Source of the DNA: a virus
Length of the DNA: 64,000 nt
IMG/VR virus record: IMGVR_UViG_3300023179_000082
Span: 1 to 64,000 of that record
Strand: one strand, 5' to 3'
Shown here: piece after piece, positions 1-14,300 of the stretch
Position numbering within the stretch: position 1 is the stretch's first letter
Layout: each line of letters begins with the position of its first letter
Position numbers and translations under genes: made by a program
The notes under the pieces: generated by a model
What the model saw: the letters and a program-made list of their open reading frames with translations, nothing else
Database searches by the model: none
What the model was told of the DNA's origin: nothing

Positions 1-1
1 T

Positions 2-1525
2 ACCTGTAATTGTACCTGCTGTAGCATTTGAGCCTGTTGTAATATTTGTAGTGGTTAAACCAAATTGGAAATTAGCAGCATTGGCAGCACTTGTATTACT
101 GAATATAGCAGGTACTGTATTGCCTACTACAATGTTAGCTACTGCGCTTGCACCTGAACCTGTGCGTGTAAGGCGTGTTTCACCTGTTGTATCCAACCAT
201 ACTGCACCATTACGTATCACTGCAATGTTACCTGACAAATTAGCGTAAGCATACACATTACCTGCTGCGCCAATACCACCTTGTACTTGTAATGCTCCAT
301 TACCCGCTAATCCCGTAGCAAATGATGTAGCCTGTGCATTAACATTATCTGTACCATAAACAATGGTATAATCAGTAGAATTAGAATTACCAACAATTAA
401 ATTACCAACAATTCGTGCTCCACCTTGTACATTTAATGCACCACTAGATGTAGTTGATGTTGATGTATTTGTGCCATAAACGGTTAAAATAGATGATGCA
501 TTTGTTGACCCTGTGCCATTATTTGATGTAACATCAGCTCCAACAACTAGACTGCCTTTTGCGTACATACTACCATTACTGTAAATGTTTGGTCCTAGCG
601 ACAATGCAGGGTTACCACCAACTGAAATCAATACTGAACCATTTGCTACACTATTTGCAGCAATTTGTCCTTGCATATTGACGTTACTTGATGTTGTAGT
701 TAATGTAATTGGGCTATTGCCTGTACTCACACTAAACGAGCCAGGTCCACTAAACGACATTGTATTAGCTTGTACTGAAAATGTTGAACCATTAGCAATT
801 GCAACATTCATTTGTGAAGATGTTACGTTAGCGTTTGAACCTACGCTGAAGATCGGTCCTGACAACGATGGGGGTACTACACGTAAATTACCTTCAACTT
901 GAAGATTAGCTTCAGTTGATTCTGCATAAGAAAGATATGATGCACCAACTGCTACAGAATTAGCATCAGTATAAACAATAGCATTATTGCTACCACCTGT
1001 AATTAAGTTACCTGTAACGTTACCTGCCAATGTACCATAGATAGTTCCACCAACATATAAATTACCACCTATACCTGCGCCACCTACTGTTGTAAAACTT
1101 CCTGTTACAGTAGATGTACTATTGGAATTATTTGTAATAGCGACAGGACCATCAAAACGTGCATTACCTGTTGAATAAAACCAGCCATTTGCGGTAAGAT
1201 TACCATTAAAAATGGGATTGTTAACATCACCTGATGTTGTAACAACACTTGTCCACGTGCTAGTGAAGCCAGGACCACCATCATTCACCGCCACACTTAA
1301 CGTGTTTGACGTTGGGTTAAACCACAATTGACCTGTAAGGGTATTAAGTGGTGCGTTTGCACTACAGAAGTTTTCTAACAAATGTACAAAATTTGTATCC
1401 AAAAATTGTCCATACCCATTATAATTTCTCCCAGGCAACTGTAACGTCGAATATGCCTGTGAAATCGTACCATCGGGTATGGTAGTTAATAAATTTCCAT
1501 TAGTTTTAAGAATTTGATATGCCAT
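2..1525 (-). CDS. Tail fibre / baseplate-attached fibre protein, C-terminus runs off the window
   Basis: Missing from the ORF track because it is open-ended. ATG at 1525 reads MAYQILKTNGNLLTTIPDG...LQLPGRNYNGYGQFLDTNFVHLLENF...GQLWF, followed by G/N/S/T-rich fibre repeats (GGAGIGGNLYVGG, GALNVQGGARIVGNL). A GATAAATA box lies at 1545-1552. Confidence 0.75.
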   Translation of the reverse strand, partial: MAYQILKTNGNLLTTIPDGTISQAYSTLQLPGRNYNGYGQFLDTNFVHLLENFCSANAPLNTLTGQLWFNPTSNTLSVAVNDGGPGFTSTWTSVVTTSGDVNNPIFNGNLTANGWFYSTGNARFDGPVAITNNSNSTSTVTGSFTTVGGAGIGGNLYVGGTIYGTLAGNVTGNLITGGSNNAIVYTDANSVAVGASYLSYAESTEANLQVEGNLRVVPPSLSGPIFSVGSNANVTSSQMNVAIANGSTFSVQANTMSFSGPGSFSVSTGNSPITLTTTSSNVNMQGQIAANSVANGSVLISVGGNPALSLGPNIYSNGSMYAKGSLVVGADVTSNNGTGSTNASSILTVYGTNTSTSTTSSGALNVQGGARIVGNLIVGNSNSTDYTIVYGTDNVNAQATSFATGLAGNGALQVQGGIGAAGNVYAYANLSGNIAVIRNGAVWLDTTGETRLTRTGSGASAVANIVVGNTVPAIFSNTSAANAANFQFGLTTTNITTGSNATAGTITG

Positions 1526-1544
1526 TTTCTATTCCATCAATTTA

Positions 1545-1552
1545 TATTTATC
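1545..1552 (-). promoter_or_regulatory. Late promoter-like box GATAAATA
   Basis: Matches the T4 gp55 late promoter core TATAAATA and lies just upstream of the 1525 start. Confidence 0.55.
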
Positions 1553-2168
1553 ATATGGTCACCAAGTTGGTAAGCGTTTGTATACGTACTGTATAATCAA
1601 TTTGTATTTGACGATTTAACGCTTTTTGAACAGGGTGAAAAATTGCGTGGCTCAATAATTTTGTTTGAACCGCACCTGTGCTATCTGTACCATAATTTGC
1701 TAGTAATCCTAACTCATCAAATACATATAATCCCTCATTGTTTGTTGCATTATCAAATGCTTGTTGCCCTGCAGGTTCACCATAATCTAACAAACATTGT
1801 ACTAAAATATCAGAATACAACCGACCATTAATATGACTTACAATCATACGATTTCTTGCTGCATTTGTATTGGTTGCAATCGTATCATCAACAATCTTTT
1901 GATAAGTTTGGTTGTATAATGCAGCATTTTGTCCTGTAGTATTAGGTGGCAAATAAGTAATTAAACCTGTTTCGTCTACACTAGCACCACCATTACCAAA
2001 TGCCATTTGATATATGCTGCCATATCCACGATTACTTAAGGTCAATGCAATTGCTTCACTCATGTTTTCATAATGAATAGCATTCTTTTTGTCTAAAAGA
2101 ATCTCTCCACTTTTTGGGTCAGTTATTTTAATAAAACCTTCTATTGCTATGGTGTATTGATCGCTCAT
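1551..2168 (-). CDS. Virion structural protein (small baseplate wedge / fibre-attachment protein)
   Basis: 205 aa, lying between the giant wedge protein and a fibre. FDELGL and HPVQK motifs resemble baseplate/fibre-attachment proteins. Confidence 0.55.
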   Translation of the reverse strand: MSDQYTIAIEGFIKITDPKSGEILLDKKNAIHYENMSEAIALTLSNRGYGSIYQMAFGNGGASVDETGLITYLPPNTTGQNAALYNQTYQKIVDDTIATNTNAARNRMIVSHINGRLYSDILVQCLLDYGEPAGQQAFDNATNNEGLYVFDELGLLANYGTDSTGAVQTKLLSHAIFHPVQKALNRQIQIDYTVRIQTLTNLVTI

Positions 2169-2179
2169 TTATTTTTCCA

Positions 2180-2335
2180 TCAATCGCATCGTTTTTGTAC
2201 AAAAACCTTGTTACTCTGTGGATCAAAAATTTTTATACCTGTGCTAAAATAAAAACTACCTTGCTCATTCGGTTTTTTAGAATGTTCAGTAGCTTCTACC
2301 TTTTTTTCTTCCACAATTTGCTTTTTATCTATCAT
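2180..2335 (-). CDS. Small 51-aa protein (not in ORF track)
   Basis: MIDKKQIVEEKKVEATEHSKKPNEQGSFYFSTGIKIFDPQSNKVFVQKRCD*. It fills the intergenic gap, and its ATG is 5 nt after GATAAATA (2341-2348). Confidence 0.7.
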   Translation of the reverse strand: MIDKKQIVEEKKVEATEHSKKPNEQGSFYFSTGIKIFDPQSNKVFVQKRCD

Positions 2336-2340
2336 TTTTA

Positions 2341-2348
2341 TATTTATC
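2341..2348 (-). promoter_or_regulatory. Late promoter-like box GATAAATA
   Basis: Immediately after the stop of the giant gene and 5 nt before the next ATG. Confidence 0.6.
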
Positions 2349-2350
2349 TT

Positions 2351-5300
2351 TTAGTTACCTGCACTTCTTAGGAATTCCGCAGCAGGTGTTTCACTAATTT
2401 GTAATGGATTATTTCTACTGTCATTCCAAGAATATCCATAATATCCCGCAGGTAATATATTCTTAGGTAATATTGGACGCACTAAACTACCAACAGGTAT
2501 AGATGGGTTTACAATAGAACCGTTTACACCACGTGTTAATCCACTAATGCTGTTATTGTCATGCTCTAAACTGAATTCAGTGAATCTAATATACTCACCA
2601 TTAATAACCACTGTATTTCCAACCCATACAGTAATTTCTACACTTGTACCTACACTATAATAAGATTCAATAATGATTTGATTGTATCCATCAGGTGAGT
2701 AAGTCGCTATTTTTTCTAAATCATATGTACCACCACTTGTATAAGCAGTATATGACGTTGTGTTTAATGGTGTGGTTAAGTCACTATCAACATACAAACC
2801 AAAAGTAGTAGCACTATAACCTGTTACCTTAGCATAATAAGTTAATCCATTTATTTGTACCATGCCAACCACGTTATTAATCGTAACCGCATCACCATCC
2901 ACTAAATCATGGTTTGTTGTTGTGGTTACTACACCTGTACTAGCCTGTGTAATACCACTTACTACTTTTGTAGCAACCATGTTTACACGACTAATTAAGT
3001 TAGAAACAAGATAAGGATCAGTTACAGTCAATGTGCTACCTGTGACTGTCTGCATTTGAATAATTGTGTCAAACAAACGATCTGCATCTTTTACATATAG
3101 GAATCCATCAGGTGGATCACTTGGGAATAGTTCGGTAGTGAAAGTAGTATGCTCAGGTGGCATTCTCATCACTGTTGGATCACCTGTCTTACTCAAATGT
3201 ATAGTAAAATATTCTGCATTGGGCGTTGCCCCAAGCGTCATACTCAATATACCAACCTCATCAGTTGGGTAAATTTCACGGAAAATTTGTACTTGGTTAT
3301 TGGTTAATGCATAATTTTCTTCAGCAACATGATATCCATTAACTGTAACCCACAAACGACTCTTGTCTAATATAACAAAGTCAGGTTGGTTTAGGAAATA
3401 TTGATTTTCAGCAAACACATAACCTGCTCCTAAAATATCAGGTGAACCACCCGTTACATTAATCGTAAACGTTGTCGTAGTTGGTGCACTGATAATTTCA
3501 AAAGCAGTACCAAAATCATTTGCACCATCATAAGTTGCATCATTAGTTTTGTTTATTCTAACAATTTCACCTGCTCCATATGGATGAACATTGACCGTTG
3601 TTACTGTAGCCACTGTGCCTGATACAATGATAGAATCAATAGCGTTAACTGTAGTACCAATCAATGCTAATGTATTCAAACTTTGTTGTGCAGTACGGTT
3701 AAATGTTGTAACAGTCAACAAATCACCTGAAGCTTGTACAGGAATATTCAATGTTAACACAGCAGAATTAAGTGCGGGATTGAATGTTATATCATATGGA
3801 TCACTAATATTAGTATTATCCTCATAAGATATTTCAATAATATCTCCTACAGCAGGTGCTACAACAAATTCAACGTATGGTGTATTATTACTATCATAGA
3901 TAATATCATAATCTAATGGATATGTTTGTAAAATACCATTGATAGTTACAACAAGTGTTCCCAATGTAGTAAATGTTGGACTAAATCCATATACCTGCGA
4001 GGCTACTGTAGGAATACTAAACGTATCAGTATTGACATAGTATACATCACCGTGTTGTCCTACGGTAATTGTGTCATTATTAGATTCGACGATTAACGCA
4101 TAAACATCACCATCTACTTGACTATCAACACGTGAGCCTGTCCATGTAATTCCTGAACCTGATAATGAATAAATTAAGCTTGTAAATGGTGCTATAGCAT
4201 CAAACTCACCAACAATATAAAATACAGGTGACCCTAATGTTTGATAATTTGGTATGTACGCAATATCTGTAAATGGAGTTGTTGATGTTAGTGACAAGTT
4301 AATGTTGGTAATAGCCCATGTAGCACTAATTGCCAATCCTGCATAGTTTATGGTGTAACCATTTGCCCATGGTTGACCAATATTTGTTGATGCGTTGTTT
4401 TGACCTACGATAATTGCATTACCTGTTAATGGGTCATATGCCACTGAACGTAATGAACCAATATCATCACGCTCTGCTGATGGTGGTAATACAGTCCATA
4501 CAGTACCTGCTGAATTACCTAATAATATAACACCCTGTACATAATTTGTGGCACCAATATAGGCAGTATCCGTTGATAATGGCGCACGTACATTAGGTAA
4601 ATTATTGCAATCACCTACTACAATAAACCTTTGTCCACTTACATAATTGTTCCAAATTACTTTACGGAAGTTATACTTATGTGTGCTTGGTAAGGTTGTA
4701 TAACCTGCTGTGGAAATAGTAACATCTGCCACGGTATAATCTGTCCATGTCACACCATCATTTGCACTAGTACGAATAGTTTGTGAATCACCTACTACAA
4801 CAAACGTACTTGACACACTATTATATGCAATAGAATTTAAACTATATGCAGTAAATGCTGATTGTATTGCCCATCCACTGCGTGTAGAAGCAGCATTAAC
4901 AATACCACTTGATGGTAGCGTAATCCAGGTTCCCAAATCACCAACAATAATAATCTTTGTACCACTTACTGCTACACTTTGTAAATTATTTCCTGTTACA
5001 TTAATTTGTGGAACCCAATCTAATGGGTCAGTTGGGTCATCAATATTAACTAAAATAATACCATTATTACCTACAGCAACATAATATGTGTATGCTGTTG
5101 AACCAATGGTTACCGTTCCTCTTGTAATTGCGTTAATATCACTTGTTAATTGTATAGGAACAGGTGCTGCATATGGTAAACTACCATCACTTACATATAC
5201 TTGACGTAATTGATCTAATAACCTTACACCGTTAATTTCAACAATTGCATTTTCAATATTTGTATCACCTGTTGTCGTTGGGCTACCTACAAAATTAACT

Positions 5301-8300
5301 AATGGTATAACTTGACTAAATGCTTGTGGATAACTAAATGTTAATGTATTGGTTACACTAATACCTGTTACGCTAGCTACTTGAACATCGGTACTATTCA
5401 AAACACTTACTACGATTGTTCCACCTGATGGTATTGCACCACCTGTAACAATCATGCCTGAAAATACGTTTGATGTGGAATTAAGTGAAATTACTACATT
5501 AGGTGCATCAATTGCTGTAACTGTTGCGGTTGTTGTGCCTGCTGTTGATAATACATTAGTTTGTGTTTCAGGAATACTATATCCATAATTAGTTTTACCC
5601 GTTGATGGATCAAAATCACCACTATTGCCTAATACGACATAACTTAAGTAATCATGTTCATCAACTGCTTCACGTAACACAATTTTTACTTTACCTAATG
5701 GGTCAGTGGATGGATTTTGTGCTACAATATAATAATCTGTATTTGCCGCAGCAGTATAGTCAACAAATGATACAAATGAACCATATGGTATTGTTACATT
5801 ACTATCTAATGTTACTGTTCCTGTATAATTTAATGCAATATTAGCAAAACTTACTGATGTAACACTAGGTGTAGTATTTACAGTGGCACTTAATAATGTT
5901 GTACTTGTTAATATACCACGTGCGTCAAGAACTTGTATAGTATTGCCATTAGTGGTTGTTGCAATCGTTGTTGTTGTATATGCTGTTGGTTGTTCAGGAT
6001 AATAGTTTAACTGACGGTATTCACCATTTGCTGCTGTATATCTATAAACTAATGGTGTAGCATATACTTGATAAACAAAATTAAATGCGTTTGCTGATGA
6101 TGGGCTTAAAATCGGATCACGTACAACAGAAAATACTTCACGGAATGATGCATCAATATTAATATCAGTCAATGCACCTGTGCTATTTGCTCTAACTGCA
6201 TTAAATTCTGTGTTAGTTCTTTCTAGTTCATTACCACCACCCACTTCATATACATAAGCATCAATCGCTACATTAGAAATATTTGATACCCATTGTTGAT
6301 TTAAGGTAACAACTTTATCGTACCAATCAACATAATATATATTTGAATTAAGGGCATTAGTTGGCGTGTTAACTATTCTTGTTTCATCATAAGTTTCTAA
6401 TACCCATGTTGACAAGTTCGCTGCGCCTGACAAACTAGCAATATTTGGGCTAACATTAAATGTTGTAACATTGCTTATATTGTTATAACTAATATTGCTT
6501 ACTGTATGTTGTGGGTAAGTTGTGGTATTACCTGTTGGCGTATTTGCATTAGATGAGAATACAATAATATTATTTGATAAAAATGCTTGTGTTAAATTAC
6601 CATTAAAACTAATTACGTTTGAGTTAGAATTAGCATAAACTAGTGACTTACCTGTATTACGGAAAACAGGATTATCATGGTCAATATTGAACAATATTAA
6701 ATCCATAGGTGTTTGTACAATATTGTCAAAACTAAACTCTTTTGCGTTAAAAGTGAATACTGTATTTGCAACTACCGCATTTAATGTATTAGCACTAATA
6801 CCAATAGCATTGTTATTTTTGTATACATTGGTAACATATGTATTTGCTGCTAACATATTAGCAGTAGTGGTGCTAATACGTTGCCCAATATGCACTGAAT
6901 CTATCGAATTTATTACCAATGTAGCAACGTTTGCATTAGCATTGCTTGCTAAAACTTTAGTAAATTGTACATCATCAATAACAGCTTGGAAATTAATAGC
7001 ATTAAAACCCGTGTGATCGACTAAAACAGGACCTAACGCAACGTTACAATAAGCTTGAGCACCTGAGAAGGTAATGTTTGTACCATTAACCCAATTACCA
7101 CGAATGTTTACATTAACCGCAAGATTAGCTGTGTCTACGTCAGTAACTAAAGTTGCAGCAGCAGGTGAAATAATAATATTTGCAGTGGTATTTGCATTAC
7201 TTAACACAGGTGAACTTAATTCAATAACATTACCTGCATGCATATTAGCAACATAACTATTTGAAGTAATAAAGTTTGCAACATTAGAACTTACAGTGGA
7301 GCCAATCGTAATACCTGTTATACTAGCCAATGAAAGATTAGAATCACCTACCGTTGCATTGCTAGCTAAGTTAGTTGTATAATTTAAACCAACAATCATA
7401 CCTGCAGTAATATTAGCAACATTTGCTACAGTAATAGTATAACTATTGCTTGCATTTAAACCTATTGTAGTGTTTAATATATCAGGCGCAGTAATATTAG
7501 CGGTTGGGTATACACTTAATACATTGCTATATCCCTCACCACCATTAGTCACTGTTATACCAACTATTTCATCATCAACTAATGTTACTTTAGGTGGTAC
7601 AGTGGGGTCGTAGCCTGAGCCTGGCTGCGTGATGATTACACCTGTCAATTCACCATTGCGTATCGTTACTCTAGCAGTTGCTTGTACACCACTTGTATTA
7701 ACCATATTATTTGCATAACGTGGCATATCAATAATTACTGTGGGTGGCACTTTATAACCTACACCAATACTAGTCACAGGTATACTTAACACTCTGCCTT
7801 CATTTATAGCACCAATCGGACCAACCGTTGGTGTGCCTAAACGTCCACCATAACCATTAACAACAGGTTGTCCTGTGGCTGTTACCTCTACACCACCAAA
7901 AATAAGTGGCAATGTTGGTGGAGCATCTACCGTTACATCAGGTGGTAAACGATACCCACTACCATTTGGTGGGTAAATTACATTGTTTCCATTGTATTCA
8001 TCAATTAAGTTTAATGCATTAACACGGAATACACGTGTGGCTACAGTAGAATCATAATCCCACGTCGAACCAGGTCTCGTATTCACATTAATATCAATTG
8101 TGTCAGTTACCACACCTGCTACTAATTCAGGTGGTGCATAACCATCTGAGAATGAACCACCACTAACATCATAAATGGTAGGATCAACTGCCGTAAAACT
8201 TGGGCTTAATACATAAGCATCATAGTATGTGGTTGGGTCAAGAACCTCATCCATCATACCACCAAAAATTGTACTATTAGGATATTGTACACCTTCAACA

Positions 8301-11300
8301 AGTTGTGCTACATCTACACCAACCATGTTTGCTGTAGGCTCATAGGCAACAGTAATACGGTCAATTGCATTAAGCTCAACATTTGATGTACTAATTAATT
8401 GCCAATTTGCTGTGTCAAGTGGTGGGATAGTTGTTACACCTGAAGGACTACCAATTGCGCTATATACATTACCACCATAACTTATTACACTAGGCGTAAC
8501 ATTGAATGGTTCATTAATAAACGCAATCATCTTAGAAATATTAGAACCATAGGTAGTAATAAAATTAGCATAAGGTACAGGATCATTAAACATTTGATCA
8601 TAATACAAGTCTACATTACTAAAATTACCACTAACTTTTACAACATTACCATAATATGAGTTTTCATTGAACCAACCTTTAGCAAACAATATTTGATTAT
8701 TTGCACCAAGTGTTAAGTTTTGGAAGTTGTTAAATTGTACTGAACCTGCAGGTGCATTTGCAATGTTTGAGTCAGGATATATAGCAACTACATAACTGTT
8801 TGATGCCATATTGCCACCATAAGCACGTTGCCCAAGGTAAATGTTTGCAACATCATCAAGTGGTACGTTTGCACTTAAAAATGTATTGGCTGTAAAGTTA
8901 GCTGAAACTACTGTTTCTGCTACATTAAATATTTCAATGGATTGTCCCTGAGCTTGCCCAGGACTTACAAAACTATTAGCAAAATCAAGCTGTATGCGCA
9001 CACCATTCGTGGTAGTATTATTACCAATTGCAGCATTAGCAAAGTCTATTTTTGCTCCTTCACTAGCTGCTGTAATATAATAGTTTATGTTCCAATTAGC
9101 ATATGTGCCATTGTTAGCACTGAAACTACTAACTTCTAAATCAAATGTATTAGCATTAGCACCAACAATGTTACTAATCGTACCTATAATATATTTTGGA
9201 TTGCTAACTGCTGCACTAACGTATACCGTAGAATTAGTTGAAATAGCATTAGTAATTGTATAACTATTCGTTAACGTCACTGTAGAAATATATGGTATAA
9301 TATTTCCTGCTGTAATTGCATTGCCACCACTATAGCCTACTGTGCTCTCAGGCTTGGTTAACCATATTAGTGAACCAATATTAACATTACCTGTTGCACC
9401 ACTGACTGATGGAGTAACTTGAATATTATTATTTGCTGCCCAACGATTAGTAATAATAAACGATGTTGCGTTAGCATCACTACTAAATTGAATACGATCA
9501 TCAATAGCAAACGTATTAGCAACATTACCACCTGCTACGTTAATAATTGCACCACTTGTTACATTAGCTGCTGCTGTCAATCCTGTTAATGATGTATTAA
9601 CTGAATATAAGTAAAAAGCAGTATTTGATAAACGATTTGCATAGAATGATGCATTATTAATAACGTTGCCTGATGATGGTGTTACTGTTAAATTAGCAAT
9701 ATAAACTTTCTGCCAATTTACTAAATTGTGGTCAACAGTTGTTGTAACAGTTGGTCTTGATGCACTTGTAATAGTTGATATTGGTTTCCAATAAACATTA
9801 CTTGTATTTGCATTGTTATTACCATACCATGTTGGTGTACCTAACAAATTAAAATCAGGATTGCCATTACTGTCAAAACTTATCGCTGCGCCACGTAATG
9901 CCTCTGCACCACCACCTGCATTTAACCCTTCATTGTCTACAATGGCAAAGGTTGTAAATGGTGAATTAGCAGTATTGTATGTTACAATAGGTTGTCCATT
10001 ACCATATGTTGCAGCTTCCCACACACTAGTTGCTGTCATAGCAATAACTTGGTTAGACTTGAATACCGTTGGTGAGGTAGTTGTTGTTACACTGATGGTT
10101 GATGGCAATGATGTGGGTATGGTAATATTACTATTACTAAACAATCCATAATTTTCCCCACTAGCTAAAAATAAAGATGAACTGATATTAACAGGATCGG
10201 TGTACGGTCCTGCATACGCTGTGTTAGCACCATCCCATGAAGTAATTGTACTGCGATAACTTGTTCTATCTAAACGAATGGTTGTTCTTAATTCACGTGT
10301 TGGGCGACTTGTTGTAAATGCAACAGCACGTGCAGTTTCACCAAATACGTGACCATTACCCACCGCATTGCCATAAATCATCACAGGATCATCGTTATAA
10401 TTAACATCACCTTGTCTTGCCAATGCTGCTGCCTTATTGTTAAACAAAAATAAACTATTTGATGCTATATTAACACGAACATAATAGTAAGCACCATCTG
10501 TCAATCCTAATGGTGGTGTGCTACCTTCTTCAACACGATAACGTACACAATCACCACTTATGAAATTAGTTGCTGCTGTTAAGTTAATACGATTAGTTCC
10601 CACACCAAAAGCATTAGCATTGAAAGTTTCTTCAAAAGCAGGTTGTATAAGGATTTCAGGTTGTTGTGCATAACCTGAACCACTATCATCTACTTGTATA
10701 CCAATAACACGATCATTTGCCATAATAGGCGTAAGTTGCGCCTCTGTTCTTGGCTCAGGGAATTGTGCTAAATCAATAACCGCATCAATAGTTGGTGGAT
10801 TAGCATAAGCACGACCTGTTTCAATAATAGTAACAGGGTCAAACGATAATAACACTTCAGTATTAGGATTGTGTGTGGCAATGGTAGTACCGAAACGTGC
10901 ACGTGATAAACCTGCTAAACGACCACGATAATAATCAACAAAGTTATAACCTATAATTTCATCATCAATTTGGATGTAACCGATTGCTGGCATACCGTAG
11001 GCGTTAGAAACAAATATACTTGTAGCATCTAAGCTAACAAATCGACGTAATACTGCAATAGAAACATTCTCTGCTTCACTTTGATCAATACTTAAACCAT
11101 AATTATTATACCAATTAACATATTCACTTGTTGTCCATATTGGGTTAGATGGTAAGTATTCATTATCTTGTGCTTGAGTTAGTTCATATACTAAGATTGG
11201 ACTTTCATAATTAGCCAATGATTGTACATAACGTGAAGGTACATCAAAATCAGTAATATCACCCTCAAAGATTTCCGTACCAACATAACGGAAAGAAAAA

Positions 11301-14300
11301 TCTTTAATAACTACATGGTATGGTTTTACTTCATTTAAGTAACCACTCAAGAATTCTTGATTGTCACGTTGGAACTTTTCATAAGGAATAAGTTCTCTTA
11401 TAGTATGTGATACATCAATCAAGCTTGTTTTATTCAACCATGGCAAATAATTTTTACGCTGTTGCGCTTCGCTCATGATGTAATTAAACATTAGAACTAA
11501 TGAACGATTTCTTTCAATTTGTAAATCACCAATAAAGATTTGTTCATTTATTGCACGAATAACATAACGTATAGGTAATGATACTTCATTTAAGTCAGTA
11601 TTGGTATATAAGGTTGATGAAAATTGTATAGTACCATTTTCTATACCAATTAATACCCATTCGTTATTAAGATAGGCATAAAATACTGCATTACCACTTG
11701 TTGATGTTACTGATACTCTAGCAACTAATCCTTCTCTTGCTGTGACTGCTGCTAATTCAGGCACGCTTTGTACTTGAACTTGTGCTTTAGTTGCATTACT
11801 ATAGCCACTAACCCAATAATTCTCATAACTCCAAAAATCAGTAGTATCCCATCCTGTTCCACTTTCATTAAGGAAAGTCATCACACGACTTTCAGTAACA
11901 GGGTAATTAATTAATACATTGTTAACATAAGTTATATAATTTTCTAATGCTAATGTACGATCTCTGAACATGCTTTGACGATACACATTGCTTGTACCAT
12001 AACGAACTAATAATGGTAAATTAGTATCAGGCACAGGTTGTGCTAAAATATCACGTCCTGCAAAACTATTAATATATTTTAAATATAATCCTTGTGGGTC
12101 TTGCTGACCAACTCTACGAATATTTGGTATACCATTTAAGAAATCAAATGGATCATTTTGTTTGATTAAATTAAACTCAACATGTTTGTTATCAAAATTA
12201 ACATTGTTTGAATAACCAATGTGTAATGCACTACTATTAGCTCTAATGTATGTGTTAGTATTGTATAGTGCTACAGCATTTGTTCCAATTGGTGCAAGAT
12301 AAGCAATTCCTGATCCTATTGGGTTTAAAATGTATGAAGCAATAGTCGATGTATTTAAAGTTTTACCAATCTTAGTATCAATGATTGGGTTATTTTCTAC
12401 CCAAAAATAATACAACGATACTAAACTGTTTGTGTTATTATCTTGTACGGTTACTGTGACATAATTGTCAAAGTTACGTGGTGTGCCTGGTCCCGCATAG
12501 TTTAGCGGATCCACCGTACTTTCTGTCCAACGATAAACAAGTGGTAAACTACCAACAAATGGTTGACCCCAATGTTTTGCATTATATACGCTATATGGTG
12601 TAGAAGTTTCGCCATAAACACTTTGATGTGTATCCACCATTCGTATATTACTTGGGTCAAACCATATTCTACCAACCATGTCTTTTGTCCATGCAGGTGA
12701 ATTTACTCCATATCCTGCAGGATCTTTCATTGTAATATAATCAATATTACTTTCTAATGCACCAAATAGTTTGCCTTGTATTGGATCAATATAATCTAAA
12801 TATTCCAAATCAGTATTGTCAATGGTATCGTATATTGAAATATATTCTAACTTATTGATATTGACAGCAGCAAGAGGCGCACGTATAACGTTCCAAGTTT
12901 GCTGATTACTACTTGTAAATTGCGTAACACGACCTACATCAGGTGTACCCCACATTGGGCTTGTTACTGTAATCACACTGTCTCTAAAAGCAATGCCACC
13001 ACTGCCATACATAGGCTGTAGTCCATAGTTTCCTATGTTGTAAGTTGGGTCATTGGTATATTCTGCGAAGACGTACTTGCCTGGGTTGGTGATGTTTTCA
13101 TTGGCTGCAGGTAAGTAATCATAAACTAATACTTCACCAAATAAAGGCCATTGATCAATAAAGGTAGTTGCTCCCCAATCAAATATAGTGTCATCGTTTA
13201 AATAATTGTCGCTAAAATCAAACGTAGTGCGATCATGTTTAGTTGCAGTAGGTGCGCCAATGGCAATACTACTTGATTCATTCATGACAACATGATAACC
13301 AAATTGTGCTGTATCAGTTTTGTATGGTTCAAACAATGTTTGTGTCAATGTGTAAGGTGTTAAACCTAAAGCAGTTAATGTTGCCACACTGTTACTACTA
13401 ATATCTAAGATATTAAGTGGTGTATCAACTAATAATGGGTCTACAGCAATAGTAAGGGTTGAACCACTAGCAGTTGCTGCAGCAGTACGTCCTGCTCCTG
13501 TCAATCCTGCATTAATCTGTGATACAATACCTGCTAAATTAGCTGCTGCTGTAATAGTAATTATGTCACTATCGATATATAGTGTTCCACTAAATGGATA
13601 GGATGCACTAACAACACCACTTATAGTACCATAACGTTGTGCTGAACTTGTATAACGATATACTGCACCCTCTACATTGTTTACACCGCTAACAGTTTGT
13701 AAATTAAATGGTGCACCTACAATAAAATCACTACCATATTGGAAAGTAGACACACTGTGACCGTATAATGCACCTTGATGTGGTGCAGGATTTACAATGG
13801 TTTGTTGTAAATTAATTGCTGAGCCTGTATAATCAAAGCAATATACAACACCTGCTTCAGTAATACCACTAATGGTAGACGTTGGTGCACTTACAAATAA
13901 TTTATTACCTTGATTGCTACATGCTACAGAATACCCAAAGCCTAATACTGCCCCTACACTGCCACTTGCTGATGGTGTTGTAACTGTACTACCTGCTACC
14001 CATGAAGCACCTGTGTTGATGTATTGATATACATTGTTTGTTGAGCTACTACCAACATAAACAACGGTGCCTGTTGCGCTAGTAGCAATACTTGAACCTG
14101 CATTGCTTAAAACTATAGTTTGTGTTACTGCCGTTGATGGTGCTGTGTATATTCTTAAATTAGTACCACTTACTGTAAAGATGTAATTACCTGCTACAGC
14201 AATGTCTGTTACACTAGCTGATGATGCTAAGTTATATGGTGAACCACTTAATGGGAATACACGAACATAACCTGAATAAGCAATTACTGTACCAATCGTT

